In this document: in pieces, positions 1 to 9,198 of the stretch
Position numbering within the stretch: the first letter of the stretch is position 1
Layout of the letters: the number at the start of each line of letters is the position of its first letter
Source of the DNA: Ignicoccus hospitalis KIN4/I
Lineage (GTDB): Archaea; Thermoproteota; Thermoprotei_A; Sulfolobales; Ignicoccaceae
Reading direction: 5' to 3'
Assembly (NCBI RefSeq): GCF_000017945.1
Contig: NC_009776.1
Location: 390,001 to 422,000, forward strand
Length of the DNA stretch: 32,000 nt
Notes under the pieces: generated by a model
Told to the model about the DNA's origin: nothing
What the model saw: the letters and a program-made list of their open reading frames with translations, nothing else
The model's database searches: none
Made by a program: the position numbers and the translations under genes

Positions 1-6
1 AGGTTT

Positions 7-714
7 TTGGAGGGGGAGCGCGGCTTGATAGAGAGGCTCTCGGCTATCGCCTTGCTGCTCCTCACCGCCCACGCGCTGTGGGTCCACGCGTCCGCGGGGG
101 AGGTGGAGCCCTTAGAGGTGGTCGCGCTGGAGGCCTTGTGGGCGCCCGTACTCCTCCGGGCCCCGTGCGACAAGAGGGCGCTGTTGGTGGTGTTCGCTGG
201 CTTCAGCGGCTACTTCTTGCCGAGGCTGATCCCTTACGACGCGTTCTTGAAGCTCGCGATAACAGACGTGATCTTCAATAACTACGTCCTAAGGCCTTTG
301 GGCGTCGAAATGAAGGTTACTAACGGGGAAATTGTGATATTCTACGACCAGAGGCCCTACGCCGTGTACGCGGTGGGGTGCTCCTCCCTCCGCTCCGGCG
401 CCTTCTTGGCGCTCATGCCCCTAGCGGCCAGGGGGAGCTTGGGGAGGAGGCTCTTGGCCGCGGCTCTGGGCTACTTACTGAGCTACCCCTTCAACGCCCT
501 GAGGGTGGCGGCCATAGTGGTGGCCGGCGAGGCCTTGGGGGCTGACCCCTTCTTGGCCCACTTGTTAGTGAGCCCCTTGGCCTCCGTGCTAATAGCTACC
601 CTAATCATGGTGGTTCAAGAGCTCGTCTTACCGGGCTACTTGGAGGAGGTCTCGGAGGGGGTGGAGTGCTTGCTCAAGCTGGCCAAGCCTTGGTGGCGGA
701 GTAGGAGTACCTAA
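7..714 (+). CDS. Exosortase/archaeosortase-like multi-pass membrane protein (may start upstream of window)
   Basis: Hydrophobic multi-TM protein with the spaced Cys / Arg / His pattern: ..YAVGCSSLRSG.., ..YPFNALRVAAIV.., ..LAHLLVSPLASV... Start is at the window edge. Confidence 0.55.
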   Translation: MEGERGLIERLSAIALLLLTAHALWVHASAGEVEPLEVVALEALWAPVLLRAPCDKRALLVVFAGFSGYFLPRLIPYDAFLKLAITDVIFNNYVLRPLGVEMKVTNGEIVIFYDQRPYAVYAVGCSSLRSGAFLALMPLAARGSLGRRLLAAALGYLLSYPFNALRVAAIVVAGEALGADPFLAHLLVSPLASVLIATLIMVVQELVLPGYLEEVSEGVECLLKLAKPWWRSRST

Positions 715-1771
715 TTCCGAGCCCGACCACTATGCCTATCAAGTTCGAGATCAAGTAGTGCACCCCCGCGTAGGTCAAGCCTAGGAGGAAGGCGAGCTGC
801 GCCGCTGCGCCCAAGACGCTGGCCGCCTCGTAGTGGAGGAACCTCTTCACGACGGATCCCTTCCTCCTGTCCTTGAACGTCACCCTCTCGTGCAACAAGA
901 AGTTGTAAACCACGGAGGCCTCGAAGCCCGCGAGGCCCGCAGCGGCCAAGCCTAAGGCGCCCAGGGACTTGGCGCCCAAGAGCTCGTAGACCGCGTAGAG
1001 CGCGCCCTCGTTCACCACTATCCCGCTCGCGCCCACGGCGGCGAACGTTAGCATCCTATTGAGCTCGCCGGTCTCCTTCGCCAGCTTCATCAAGTGTATC
1101 AAGTATTCGAGCATAACCCTCCCCCCGAGCTTGGACTCGCCTGCCAACCTCTTGCCGAAGACGTAGGGGACCTCGCAGACCTTCTCGAAGCTCCCCTTCG
1201 CGAGCAGCTCTAGGAGTATCTTGTACCCGAGGGGGTTGAGGGGGAGCTTGGCCCTCTCCACAACTTCCCTCTTGAGCGCGAAGAACCCACTCATGGGGTC
1301 GGTGGTGTACTTAGTGGCCGGCACTAACAGCTTCGCCAAGATGGTAGCGCCCTTACTTATGACCTTCCTAACGAAGTTCCACTCCTCTATCCTGCCCTCC
1401 TTCGAGTACCTAGAGGCTATCACTAAGTCGCAGTCCTCCTTCAGCCTCTTCACGAGCTCGGGCACCACCTCCGGGGGGTGCTGTAGGTCCGCGTCCATGA
1501 CTACGAAGTACTTCCCCTCCGCCACCTCGAAGCCCTTCATTACCGCGCTCGCCAGCCCCCTCTCGTCCTTCCTAACGACAACCTTTACCTTTCCGTGCTC
1601 CAGCTTCAAGTTCCTAGCGACCTCGGCCGTGCCGTCCGGAGAGTTGTCGTCAACCACGACGAGCTCATAGCTTATCCCGGCCTTACCCATGGCCTTGTCC
1701 AACCTCTTCGCCAATACTGGCAAGTTCTCCCTCTCGTTGTACGTCGGCACAATTACCGAGACGTCCACCAA
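674..1771 (-). CDS. Dolichol-phosphate mannosyltransferase-like GT2 fused to C-terminal GtrA-like membrane domain
   Basis: VSVIVPTYNERENLPVL, VVVDDNSPDGT, VVMDADLQHPPE motifs; C-terminal 4-TM region FAAVGASGIVVNEGALYAVYE typical of GtrA. Confidence 0.9.
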   Translation of the reverse strand: MVDVSVIVPTYNERENLPVLAKRLDKAMGKAGISYELVVVDDNSPDGTAEVARNLKLEHGKVKVVVRKDERGLASAVMKGFEVAEGKYFVVMDADLQHPPEVVPELVKRLKEDCDLVIASRYSKEGRIEEWNFVRKVISKGATILAKLLVPATKYTTDPMSGFFALKREVVERAKLPLNPLGYKILLELLAKGSFEKVCEVPYVFGKRLAGESKLGGRVMLEYLIHLMKLAKETGELNRMLTFAAVGASGIVVNEGALYAVYELLGAKSLGALGLAAAGLAGFEASVVYNFLLHERVTFKDRRKGSVVKRFLHYEAASVLGAAAQLAFLLGLTYAGVHYLISNLIGIVVGLGIRYSYSATKAWPA

Positions 1772-1777
1772 CCCCGG

Positions 1778-2707
1778 TCATCCGAGCACCGAGAAGAGGC
1801 CGTGCCTTAAGTTCCTGTACAGCGACAAGGCCCACACGACCACGGCCGTAACGCTCTCGTAGGCCAAGTTAGAGTCGTAGAACACCGGCCACCCCCCGTC
1901 GCTCAGCTGGGCCTCCAACAGAGTTAGGACGGACTTCTCCACGGCCTCCCTAACTATCGGGTTCTTGAGGCCCGCGGCCGCCAGGAGGCCCAGAACCCCC
2001 CAGCCGGTGGCCCAAGGGCTCTCGCCTATCTTGTCGTCCTTGAAGTGCGCTAACAAGAAGCTGACGGCGTTCTGAACTTCTATCCCCCTGTAGCCGTAGA
2101 GGCTCAAGAATAGGGCCACCCTGGCGGTACAGTCCAAGCAGTTGTTGTCCCAAGAGCCGTTCAAGCTTTGCCTCTTCTCAAACCACCTCCTCATCCTTAC
2201 GTAGTAGTGCATGGGGGACCTAAATATCTCGTCCACGTACTTCCTCCCCGCGTAGAACATGGAATATAACACTTCCGCCGAGGCCCACTCGCTCAGCCCA
2301 CCTCCGGGGTTGGCCTCCCAGCCCCCACAAGGCATCTCCCCCATGGCCAGCGCGTGAACGGCCGAGGCCACGGACTTCTCGTAGTACTTCAACGTCTCGT
2401 CGTCCGAGCCGACCAAGAAGCCCAACAGCGCCCTGGCGGTGCCGTAGAAGGAGCCCGGCTCGGTGGGGGAGGTCCACTGCAAGAAGCCGTCCTTCCTCTG
2501 CCTCTCTATTATGAACTTCACCGCTTGCCTTATGCTCACGTCGTCCGAGCTCAGCCCGGCCTCCCTCAAGGCCACTATTACCAACCCGGTCAAGCCGGTC
2601 TGGGAGGAGTCGCAAGCCCCCCAGCCGCCGCACTCCAGCTGTCTGGTCTTAAGCCACGTCACGCCCCGCTGTATGGCGCCTTCCAACTCATCGATGGTGA
2701 GAGCCAA
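1778..2707 (-). CDS. Prenyltransferase/squalene-oxidase repeat (alpha/alpha toroid) protein
   Basis: Repeated W-L-x-x-x-Q...GGWG / DGGWPVF motifs. Track ORF extends to 2866, but homology-like sequence begins near TTG at 2707 (LALTIDELEGAIQRGVTWL), avoiding overlap with purP. Confidence 0.65.
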   Translation of the reverse strand: MALTIDELEGAIQRGVTWLKTRQLECGGWGACDSSQTGLTGLVIVALREAGLSSDDVSIRQAVKFIIERQRKDGFLQWTSPTEPGSFYGTARALLGFLVGSDDETLKYYEKSVASAVHALAMGEMPCGGWEANPGGGLSEWASAEVLYSMFYAGRKYVDEIFRSPMHYYVRMRRWFEKRQSLNGSWDNNCLDCTARVALFLSLYGYRGIEVQNAVSFLLAHFKDDKIGESPWATGWGVLGLLAAAGLKNPIVREAVEKSVLTLLEAQLSDGGWPVFYDSNLAYESVTAVVVWALSLYRNLRHGLFSVLG

Positions 2708-2768
2708 CTCGCTCAGCCGAGCGCTTCTAAAGCGGGGCGGTTTATCACTTAAAACAGAGTGAGACGCT

Positions 2769-3812
2769 TTGAGAGTAACCGATGTCTTGAAGGAATACGA
2801 CCTATCTAAGCTCACCGTAGCCACCGTCGCAAGCCACTCGGCCTTGCAGATAGTCCACGGCGCCAAGAAGGAGGGCTTGAGGACGCTTTTGATAGTTAAG
2901 AAGGATAGGTACGAGTTCTACTCCAGCTTCTCACACTTGGTTGATTCCTTCATAATAGTTGAGAGCTGGAAGGAGGTGTTGAACGAGGACGTGGTAAACG
3001 AGTTGTTGGCGTCCAACGCAGTGTTGGTGCCCCACGGGAGCTTCGTGGAGTACGTCGGGGCCCAAGGCCTCTTGGACTACCCGGTGCCGATCTTCGGCTC
3101 GAGGAAAATACTCCTCTGGGAGTCGGACCAGAAGAAGAAGATGGAGCTGTTGAGGAGGGCCGGGATAAAGGTGCCGAGGGAGTACCGAAGCCCCGACGAG
3201 GTCGACGGGCTGGTCATAGTCAAGCTCGGAGGGGCCAAGGGAGGCAAGGGCTACTTCTTGGCCAAGACGCCGGAGGAAGTTAGGAGGGGCTTGGAGGCCT
3301 TGGGCAACCCCAGCAACTACATAATTCAAGAGTACGTGATAGGGGTGCCGGCTTACTACCACTTCTTCTACTCCCCCATTTATAACAGGCTGGAGATAAC
3401 CGGGATGGACATAAGGTACGAGAGCAACGTCGACGGGCTGCGCAGGCTCCCGCCGGAGCTGGCCTCCGGCATAAGGCCGTCCTTCACCGTAGTGGGCAAC
3501 ATACCCGTGGTTCTGAGGGAGAGCTTGCTAATTGACGTGTACAAGTACGGGAAGAGTTTCGTGAGGACGACCGAGGAGCTCTTGGGGGAGGAGCTGGTGG
3601 GCCCCTTCTGCCTCGAATCGATAATAACTGAGGAGGGCGAGGTGGTGGTGTTCGAGTTCTCCGGGAGGATAGTGGCCGGCACGAACTTGTACGTGAACGG
3701 CAGCCCCTACTCCTACTTGTACTGGGACGAGCCCATGAGCGCCGGGAGGAGGGTGGCGCGGGAGATAAGGAAGGCGAGGGACTCCGGGAGGCTGGAGGAA
3801 GTGTTGAGATGA
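2769..3812 (+). CDS. purP: 5-formaminoimidazole-4-carboxamide ribonucleotide synthetase PurP (ATP-grasp)
   Basis: TVATVASHSALQIVHGAKKEG, VKLGGAKGGKGYFLA, NYIIQEYVIGVPAYYHFFYS, FEFSGRIVAGTNLY match the archaeal PurP family. Confidence 0.9.
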   Translation: MRVTDVLKEYDLSKLTVATVASHSALQIVHGAKKEGLRTLLIVKKDRYEFYSSFSHLVDSFIIVESWKEVLNEDVVNELLASNAVLVPHGSFVEYVGAQGLLDYPVPIFGSRKILLWESDQKKKMELLRRAGIKVPREYRSPDEVDGLVIVKLGGAKGGKGYFLAKTPEEVRRGLEALGNPSNYIIQEYVIGVPAYYHFFYSPIYNRLEITGMDIRYESNVDGLRRLPPELASGIRPSFTVVGNIPVVLRESLLIDVYKYGKSFVRTTEELLGEELVGPFCLESIITEEGEVVVFEFSGRIVAGTNLYVNGSPYSYLYWDEPMSAGRRVAREIRKARDSGRLEEVLR

Positions 3813-3813
3813 G

Positions 3814-4365
3814 GTGTTTTCGGGGTGCCCGAGGGGCTCCGATGAGGAAGCGGTTACCCCACCGAGGCCTTTTGGGGGAGGCCCGGGGCTCGGGGGTAGG
3901 AAGGGAGCCTTGGACTGCCTCGCTTGCGTCGCCTTGTCGGCCTTGCCGGCCGTGGAGGTTCGCGGCTCCGTCCCTTGCTTGGCGCTCGCCGGCTGCGGGG
4001 CCCACTACGCGGCCTTGAGCTACTTGCTCAGCTCCTCCACCGGGGCCCTCGTTTATCTATTGTTGGAGAAGCTGTTCCCGTTGGTGGAGGAGTTCTTGAA
4101 GGGGAGGTGGGAGCTCGGGGCCAAACTATTGGAGAAGGTCGTGGAGAGGACCAAAAAGAAGGCGAGCAAGAAGGTAGAGGAGATGGGTACGTTGGGGTTG
4201 GCCGCGTTCGTAGCGCTCCCCGTGCCGGGGACCGGGGTGTGGACCGGGGCCCTCGCGGGCTACCTCTTGGGGCTGAAAAGGAGGGACGTGGTGCTGGCGC
4301 TCTTCGCGGGAAACGCGGTAACTACCGCGATAATGAGCTTGAGCTACTTGCTTCAGTCGCCGTAA
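3814..4365 (+). CDS. Small multidrug-export-like integral membrane protein (COG2426 type)
   Basis: LSALPAVEVRGSVP and FVALPVPGTGVWTGALAGYLLGLKRRDVVLALFAGN motifs; true start uncertain and likely downstream of 3814. Confidence 0.7.
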   Translation: MFSGCPRGSDEEAVTPPRPFGGGPGLGGRKGALDCLACVALSALPAVEVRGSVPCLALAGCGAHYAALSYLLSSSTGALVYLLLEKLFPLVEEFLKGRWELGAKLLEKVVERTKKKASKKVEEMGTLGLAAFVALPVPGTGVWTGALAGYLLGLKRRDVVLALFAGNAVTTAIMSLSYLLQSP

Positions 4366-4742
4366 ATGGACTCCAGTATTTTACCCGCTATCCTGACCAC
4401 GTCTATGGTGGTTATTACAGCGTACGGCTCCTCGTTTTCGTTCAAGACCACCAGCTCCTCCTCCTTGTACTTGTTGAACAGCTTTATGGCGTCGATGACG
4501 TCTGCGTCGTAGCTGACGAAGGAGGGCTCGGTGTTGACATAATCTTCAATGACGTCGTGACAGTTGTTCTCAGACGCCGCGGAGACGAGCTCCCTCCTAC
4601 AGAATATCCCCACGAACTCCCCGTCCACGGTCTTCACCATTACACAAGGCACCTCTGACTCCTCCATGAGCCTCGCCGCCTCGTAGACCTTAGTGGCCGG
4701 CGTGACCCAAGGGGCCTCCCGGGCGACCTCAGCTACCTTCAA
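4353..4742 (-). CDS. CBS-domain pair protein
   Basis: Two CBS-like units: VTPATKVYEAARLMEESEVPCVMVK..GEFVGIFCRRELV and VSYDADVIDAIKLFNKYKEEELVVLNENEEPYAVITTIDVV. Confidence 0.85.
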   Translation of the reverse strand: MKVAEVAREAPWVTPATKVYEAARLMEESEVPCVMVKTVDGEFVGIFCRRELVSAASENNCHDVIEDYVNTEPSFVSYDADVIDAIKLFNKYKEEELVVLNENEEPYAVITTIDVVRIAGKILESIYGD

Positions 4743-4829
4743 GACGCGTTCCCGCGGGGCGGCTCGCCGGTCCCCTTTTTGAAGGGGAGAGACTAAAGGG
4801 AAGGGCTCAGACCCTCCCTAGGGAGGGGC

Positions 4830-5789
4830 TTGCCCAAAGTAAAGTTCAAGGTAGCCCGGTACGACCCCGCCACTAAGGCATCTTGGTGGCAAGAGTACGA
4901 GGTGGAGGTGGACAAGTACACCTCCGTAGCGGTCGCCTTGCAAAGGGTTAGGGAGGAGAAGGACCCCACCCTAGCTTACAGGCCGCTGTGCAAGATGGGC
5001 GTCTGCGGGAACTGCGCGGTCAAGATAAACGGGAGGCCCGCGCTGGCTTGCTTGACCAACGCCCTGGAGGCCGCAGAAGAGGGGAACGGGACTATAGTGG
5101 TCGAGCCCTTGGACAACATGCCGGTCGTGAGGGACCTAATAGTAGACAGGTCGGACTTCGAGAGGAGGATGTTCTCCGTCAAGCCCTACCTAGTTCCTAA
5201 GGAGGAGGTCCTCAAGTCCGACAAGTGGTACCCCATGCTCCCGGCGGTGCAGATGGACTTGTGGAGCTCCGCCCAGTGCGTCTGGTGCGGGGTGTGCTAC
5301 AGCGTCTGCCCGGTAGCCAAGGTCAACGAGGAGTTCGCCGGGCCCCACGCGCTGGTCAAGGTGTACCGCTTCGCCTACGACCCCAGGGACGCCCTCGGGA
5401 GGGAGAGGGTGTACCTCAACGAGAAGAGCTTGTGGATGTGTGTGGCGTGCAAGAACTGCGGGACTTCGTGTCCAAAGAACTTGAAGCACGGGCTTAGGTT
5501 CAAACGCATGAGGAACGACGACGTCAAGTCGCCGAGGAGCGAGTACGCGGAGAAAGCGGTAAAGCACGTGATCGCTACCATAGCGAGCATAGCGAAGTAC
5601 GGGAGGGCGGACGAGGTGGAGATCTTCACCTCCACCGGCCTGACCGAGGCGGTCGCGGACGCCTTGCCGAGGCTGGCCAGAGGGGGATGGAAGAGGAGGC
5701 CCTACAAGCCCAAGCCCGGGGAGGCGGACCGCCGGGCAGTGGAGGCCTTCCGCGCGGCCGTGAGTGGGCTTTTAAAGGCGCGGGTCTAG
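4830..5789 (+). CDS. sdhB: Succinate dehydrogenase/fumarate reductase iron-sulfur subunit
   Basis: [2Fe-2S] CKMGVCGNCAVKINGRPALAC, then CVWCGVCYSVCP and CVACKNCGTSCP clusters; TTG start preceded by GGGAGGGG. Confidence 0.85.
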   Translation: MPKVKFKVARYDPATKASWWQEYEVEVDKYTSVAVALQRVREEKDPTLAYRPLCKMGVCGNCAVKINGRPALACLTNALEAAEEGNGTIVVEPLDNMPVVRDLIVDRSDFERRMFSVKPYLVPKEEVLKSDKWYPMLPAVQMDLWSSAQCVWCGVCYSVCPVAKVNEEFAGPHALVKVYRFAYDPRDALGRERVYLNEKSLWMCVACKNCGTSCPKNLKHGLRFKRMRNDDVKSPRSEYAEKAVKHVIATIASIAKYGRADEVEIFTSTGLTEAVADALPRLARGGWKRRPYKPKPGEADRRAVEAFRAAVSGLLKARV

Positions 5790-5850
5790 GTAAGACCCGC
5801 AAACTCCCCTTATATCTCTTTCATCGGCCTACCCCTCCGACGGGCGGAAG

Positions 5851-6249
5851 ATGAAGTTCGTAGCTCGCGTTTACCCCGAGAGGAACGAAGTGGTCGTAGT
5901 GAAGGAGAACGGGGAAGTTAGGTCCGTGAACTTGGACCTCTGGAGGAAGTACTTGAACAAGTGTCACACCAACGGGGCAGTGTACCTCTGCAATAAGGCC
6001 GCTATGGTCAGCAAGGGCAACTTGTTCGTGGGGGTGGTTACGGACTCCCAGCCCCTCCCGGAGGACGTGGCGGAGCTGGAGCCGGTCATGAAGGAGTTGG
6101 GCATTCCGGAGTTCTTGTTGGAGGACTTGGTCTCAATGATGTACTTGAGGGACGCTATGTTCGATCTGTCTTGCGTAGGCTGCGAATCCGTGACAACAGT
6201 TCCGGCAGCCTACGTGGCTCCGCAACGAACAAGTGAGTTAAGTGCTTAG
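5851..6249 (+). CDS. Hypothetical protein
   Basis: Complete ORF with ATG start downstream of sdhB-like gene; no family recognised. Confidence 0.55.
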   Translation: MKFVARVYPERNEVVVVKENGEVRSVNLDLWRKYLNKCHTNGAVYLCNKAAMVSKGNLFVGVVTDSQPLPEDVAELEPVMKELGIPEFLLEDLVSMMYLRDAMFDLSCVGCESVTTVPAAYVAPQRTSELSA

Positions 6250-6553
6250 TGTCGGTCGAGCCGAACCCCTTTACGGCGGGCCTTAGGACCTTCGCTACTA
6301 CGGAGTACAGCTCCTCCTCGGTCAGCCCGGGGAACAAGAAGGCTATCAAGGGCTTGCCCTTCATAGTTAGGTAGTCCACGTGCCACCTCGGTTTGGAGAA
6401 GCCCTTGGTCAAGTGCCTCCTTACCCTCGCGAACAAGCCTCCCGGGCCCCAGGCGGAGCCCACGTAAGCGTAAAGCCCCGGCCCCAGGCCCCACCTCTCC
6501 AGCCCCTCCTCGAGCTCCACTACCAACAAGTAAGCCCCCTTCGAAACCTCCAC
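6155..6553 (-). CDS. DUF123 / GIY-YIG-like nuclease-fold protein
   Basis: GAYLLVVELEE..GLYAYVGSAWGPGGLFARVRRHL, RWHVDYLT, GFGSTDTKHLTHLFV. The C-terminal motif lies in the convergent overlap with the neighbouring ORF. Confidence 0.75.
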   Translation of the reverse strand: MEVSKGAYLLVVELEEGLERWGLGPGLYAYVGSAWGPGGLFARVRRHLTKGFSKPRWHVDYLTMKGKPLIAFLFPGLTEEELYSVVAKVLRPAVKGFGSTDTKHLTHLFVAEPRRLPELLSRIRSLRKTDRT

Positions 6554-6617
6554 GGGCCCCTCTGGGCAGAGACTAATTTACCCATAAATACACAACCTTC
6601 CGTTGAGGGATGCTTAA

Positions 6618-7169
6618 TTGGTGAATTTGGTCATAACGAATTCTTACGAGTACAGCGGGGATTGGATAAGGGGGTTCGCGCCGCTCTCCTTCACGACCCC
6701 CTACTTCTTCGACGAGACCACTAGATATTATGTGTTTGCGAAGGACTTTCCCAAGGTCGGCAGGGGGAGGTTGCCCCACCCGTTGGTGGGCGGGATTAAG
6801 GAGAGCGTGGCTAAGGAACTTCACTTAGAGTTTAAGGATTTCGTGGTTTACCCGGGCATCCCCGTCCGGGAGGCGGTAATTTCCACCGGAAAGGTATACA
6901 AGATCTGCACCGACTGCCCCCCGTGGGGGAACATAATATCCTTCATGTTAAAGGATGCTAAAAGAATAACGGTATTTCCGAAGCAAGGGTCGGTGAGCGC
7001 CTTGGCCGTGGCCCCGCTCCCCCAAGGGGGGATAGAGGTCATACTGAAGGTCTCCGCCAAGTCAGTGTTCTACTTGCTTTACCACGACGGCATAGAGGGG
7101 GAGGCCTTCATGGTCTCGTGGGAGGGCTTCGGGCTGACGGGGAGGATGGAGGTCCAAGCGTTAGGCTAG
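6618..7169 (+). CDS. Hypothetical protein
   Basis: Complete ORF filling the space between divergent and convergent genes; AT-rich promoter-like segment upstream (acccataaatacacaacc). Confidence 0.55.
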   Translation: MVNLVITNSYEYSGDWIRGFAPLSFTTPYFFDETTRYYVFAKDFPKVGRGRLPHPLVGGIKESVAKELHLEFKDFVVYPGIPVREAVISTGKVYKICTDCPPWGNIISFMLKDAKRITVFPKQGSVSALAVAPLPQGGIEVILKVSAKSVFYLLYHDGIEGEAFMVSWEGFGLTGRMEVQALG

Positions 7170-7906
7170 AGCTTTATCTTCGTCCCCTCCAAGAGCTCCA
7201 TCAAGTGCTCCACCCTTTCCGTCTTAGGGATCGGTATGACCACCGGGGAGCGCGAGAGGAGCCAAGCTATTACTATTGCCGCCGGGGGCGCGCCCAGCTC
7301 CTCCGCCTTCCTCCTCACCCAGTCCAGCTCCAGCGCCCTCCCCCTGTCCAAAGGGGTGTGGGCTTGCAACGCTATGCCCTTCTCCTCCAACGTGGGGAAG
7401 AGCTCCTCCGTGGCGGTGAAGGTGGGGCTGTACTTGTTCTGGACCGCAACTATTTCGTGCTTCTTGGTCGCGTGGAGGGCCACCTCCAGCTGTTCCTTCG
7501 TAACGTTGGAGACGCCTATCATCCTCGTGAGCCCCTTGTCAACCATCTTCTCCAGCTCCCTCACCTCGGTGGCTATGTCCTCCGGCCAGTGGACCAAGGT
7601 TAGGTCGGGCACCTTCCCGAGCCTCTCCACTTGCCTCCTGAGGGCCCTCTCGCAGTCGTGCCTCACGTTCCACGGGTAGAGCTTGGTGGTCACGAATATT
7701 TCCTTGCTACCGTAAATTTCCATAGCTTCCCTCACGAGGGGCTCGGTCCTATACATCTCCGCCGTGTCCACCAAGTTTATTCCCATTTCGAATGCCTTAA
7801 CCAAGGTTTCTACGAAGGACTTGGGGTCCCTAACCGCCCAAGACCCCAGACCTATGTCCGAGACCGCCTCGCCCCCTATCCTGCGCAACTCTGCCGCCTC
7901 TCTCAC
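7166..7906 (-). CDS. Aldo/keto reductase
   Basis: INLVDTAEMYRTEPLVREAM, VFVTTKLYPWN, DLTLVHWP, IGVSNVTKEQLE, NKYSPTF, VVIPIPKTERVEHL. Confidence 0.92.
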   Translation of the reverse strand: MREAAELRRIGGEAVSDIGLGSWAVRDPKSFVETLVKAFEMGINLVDTAEMYRTEPLVREAMEIYGSKEIFVTTKLYPWNVRHDCERALRRQVERLGKVPDLTLVHWPEDIATEVRELEKMVDKGLTRMIGVSNVTKEQLEVALHATKKHEIVAVQNKYSPTFTATEELFPTLEEKGIALQAHTPLDRGRALELDWVRRKAEELGAPPAAIVIAWLLSRSPVVIPIPKTERVEHLMELLEGTKIKL

Positions 7907-8430
7907 TTGTACGGCTTGACCTTAAACACTTGAGAGGGCCTATGGACACTCACGCCGGCGAACTGGGAACCCCTCAAGGGCAAGCTCTTTACGTAAACGA
8001 CCCAGTCGTAGCCCTCCAGTTTTACCGGCCTCTTCACTACGGAGGCTATCCTCCTTATCGCTTCTTCCCTATCCAGCTCCTCCCACTGGTCCCCGCGGAG
8101 CTCGAAAAGCGGGCCCTCCAAAGTCACCCGGAAAGTTTCCCCCTCCGGGATCTTCTGAGCCGCCTTGCTCACTGCCTTAACCACGTCCTCTATGTCGGCG
8201 GGCACGGAGAAGTCGTAGGGGACGGCCTTCAGCAGGACGGTGTAGCGGGGGTCCACCAGCTCCTTCAGCCTCTCCACGGCCTCGAAGGGGTCTCCCTTGT
8301 ACTTTATTATTAAGTAGCTGGGCTGCTTCCTCACTACGTAGAAGTCCTTCCCCCAGTAGCTCCTCAGCTCGGCCTCCGCCTTGTGCTCCCGGCCCCTCCA
8401 GCACGCCACGGTGACGTTGAACTCGCTCAA
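7903..8430 (-). CDS. THUMP-domain RNA-binding protein
   Basis: DPRYTVLLKAVPYDF..DVVKAVSKAAQKIPEGETFRVTLEG...VKLEGYDWVVYVKSLPLRGSQFAGVSV pattern; ATGA overlap with the downstream AKR gene. Confidence 0.7.
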   Translation of the reverse strand: MSEFNVTVACWRGREHKAEAELRSYWGKDFYVVRKQPSYLIIKYKGDPFEAVERLKELVDPRYTVLLKAVPYDFSVPADIEDVVKAVSKAAQKIPEGETFRVTLEGPLFELRGDQWEELDREEAIRRIASVVKRPVKLEGYDWVVYVKSLPLRGSQFAGVSVHRPSQVFKVKPYK

Positions 8431-8824
8431 GCCCGAGATACCCCGGGAGCCCGCACAAAGGGTCCCTTTAGTAGGGGCCCGCCGGGTACCGGAGTTGTTG
8501 GAGCTGTTGTGCGCGCTCCTCTCTTCCTTGGCCTTCGCGTTCTCTTACCTAGCTTGGAGCTCTTCCGGGAGCTGCGAAGCCCTCCTCCGGGGGATAAGGG
8601 CCGTTTACAAGAAGTTGGAAGATCTGGAGGAGAAGGAGAAGTGTTTGAAGGCCAACGCGGTCTTGAGCTTGGTGGAGGCCGCCAGGCTCTTGGCAGAAGA
8701 CGCGAGGAGGCTCTACGAGAAGACCGGCGACGCGGAGTTCTTGAACGTCGCCACCAAGTGGGAGGAGTTCGTGAGGACCAACGAGGCGGCGGTCAAGAAG
8801 GCCTTGGGTTACGCCTCAAAATAG
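8381..8824 (+). CDS. Hypothetical protein with an N-terminal hydrophobic segment and helical remainder
   Basis: ELLCALLSSLAFAFSYLAW then charged helical region; real start probably ~8480-8510 rather than 8381, which overlaps the THUMP gene. Confidence 0.4.
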   Translation: MCSRPLQHATVTLNSLKPEIPREPAQRVPLVGARRVPELLELLCALLSSLAFAFSYLAWSSSGSCEALLRGIRAVYKKLEDLEEKEKCLKANAVLSLVEAARLLAEDARRLYEKTGDAEFLNVATKWEEFVRTNEAAVKKALGYASK

Positions 8825-8863
8825 CATTATAAACTGGAAGCCCCTTGCGCTCCCGGTGAGCGT

Positions 8864-9187
8864 ATGGAGTACATCTACGCGGCGCTCTTGCTGCACGCAG
8901 CTGGTAAGGAGATAACCGAGGACGCCGTGAAGAAGGTGCTGGAGGCGGCGGGCGTCGAAGTGGACGAGACGAGGGTAAAGGCGTTGGTCGCCGCGCTCAG
9001 CGAGGTGAACATAGAGGAGGCGATCAAGAGCGCTGCCTTCCCCGTAGCCGCCGCCCCCGCGGCCGCGCCCGCCGCCGCCGGCGGAGAGGCCAAGGAGGAG
9101 AAGAAGGAAGAGGAAGAAGAGGAGGAGAAGAAGGAGGCCGTCAGCGAGGAGGAGCTCTCCGCCGGCCTGGGAGCCCTCTTCGGCTAA
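8864..9187 (+). CDS. rpl12: 50S ribosomal protein P1 (L12)
   Basis: [35 protein letters not shown]..., Ala-rich hinge, acidic [22 protein letters not shown] tail; TATA-like cattataaac upstream. Confidence 0.97.
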   Translation: MEYIYAALLLHAAGKEITEDAVKKVLEAAGVEVDETRVKALVAALSEVNIEEAIKSAAFPVAAAPAAAPAAAGGEAKEEKKEEEEEEEKKEAVSEEELSAGLGALFG

Positions 9188-9198
9188 AACCCCGCTTT

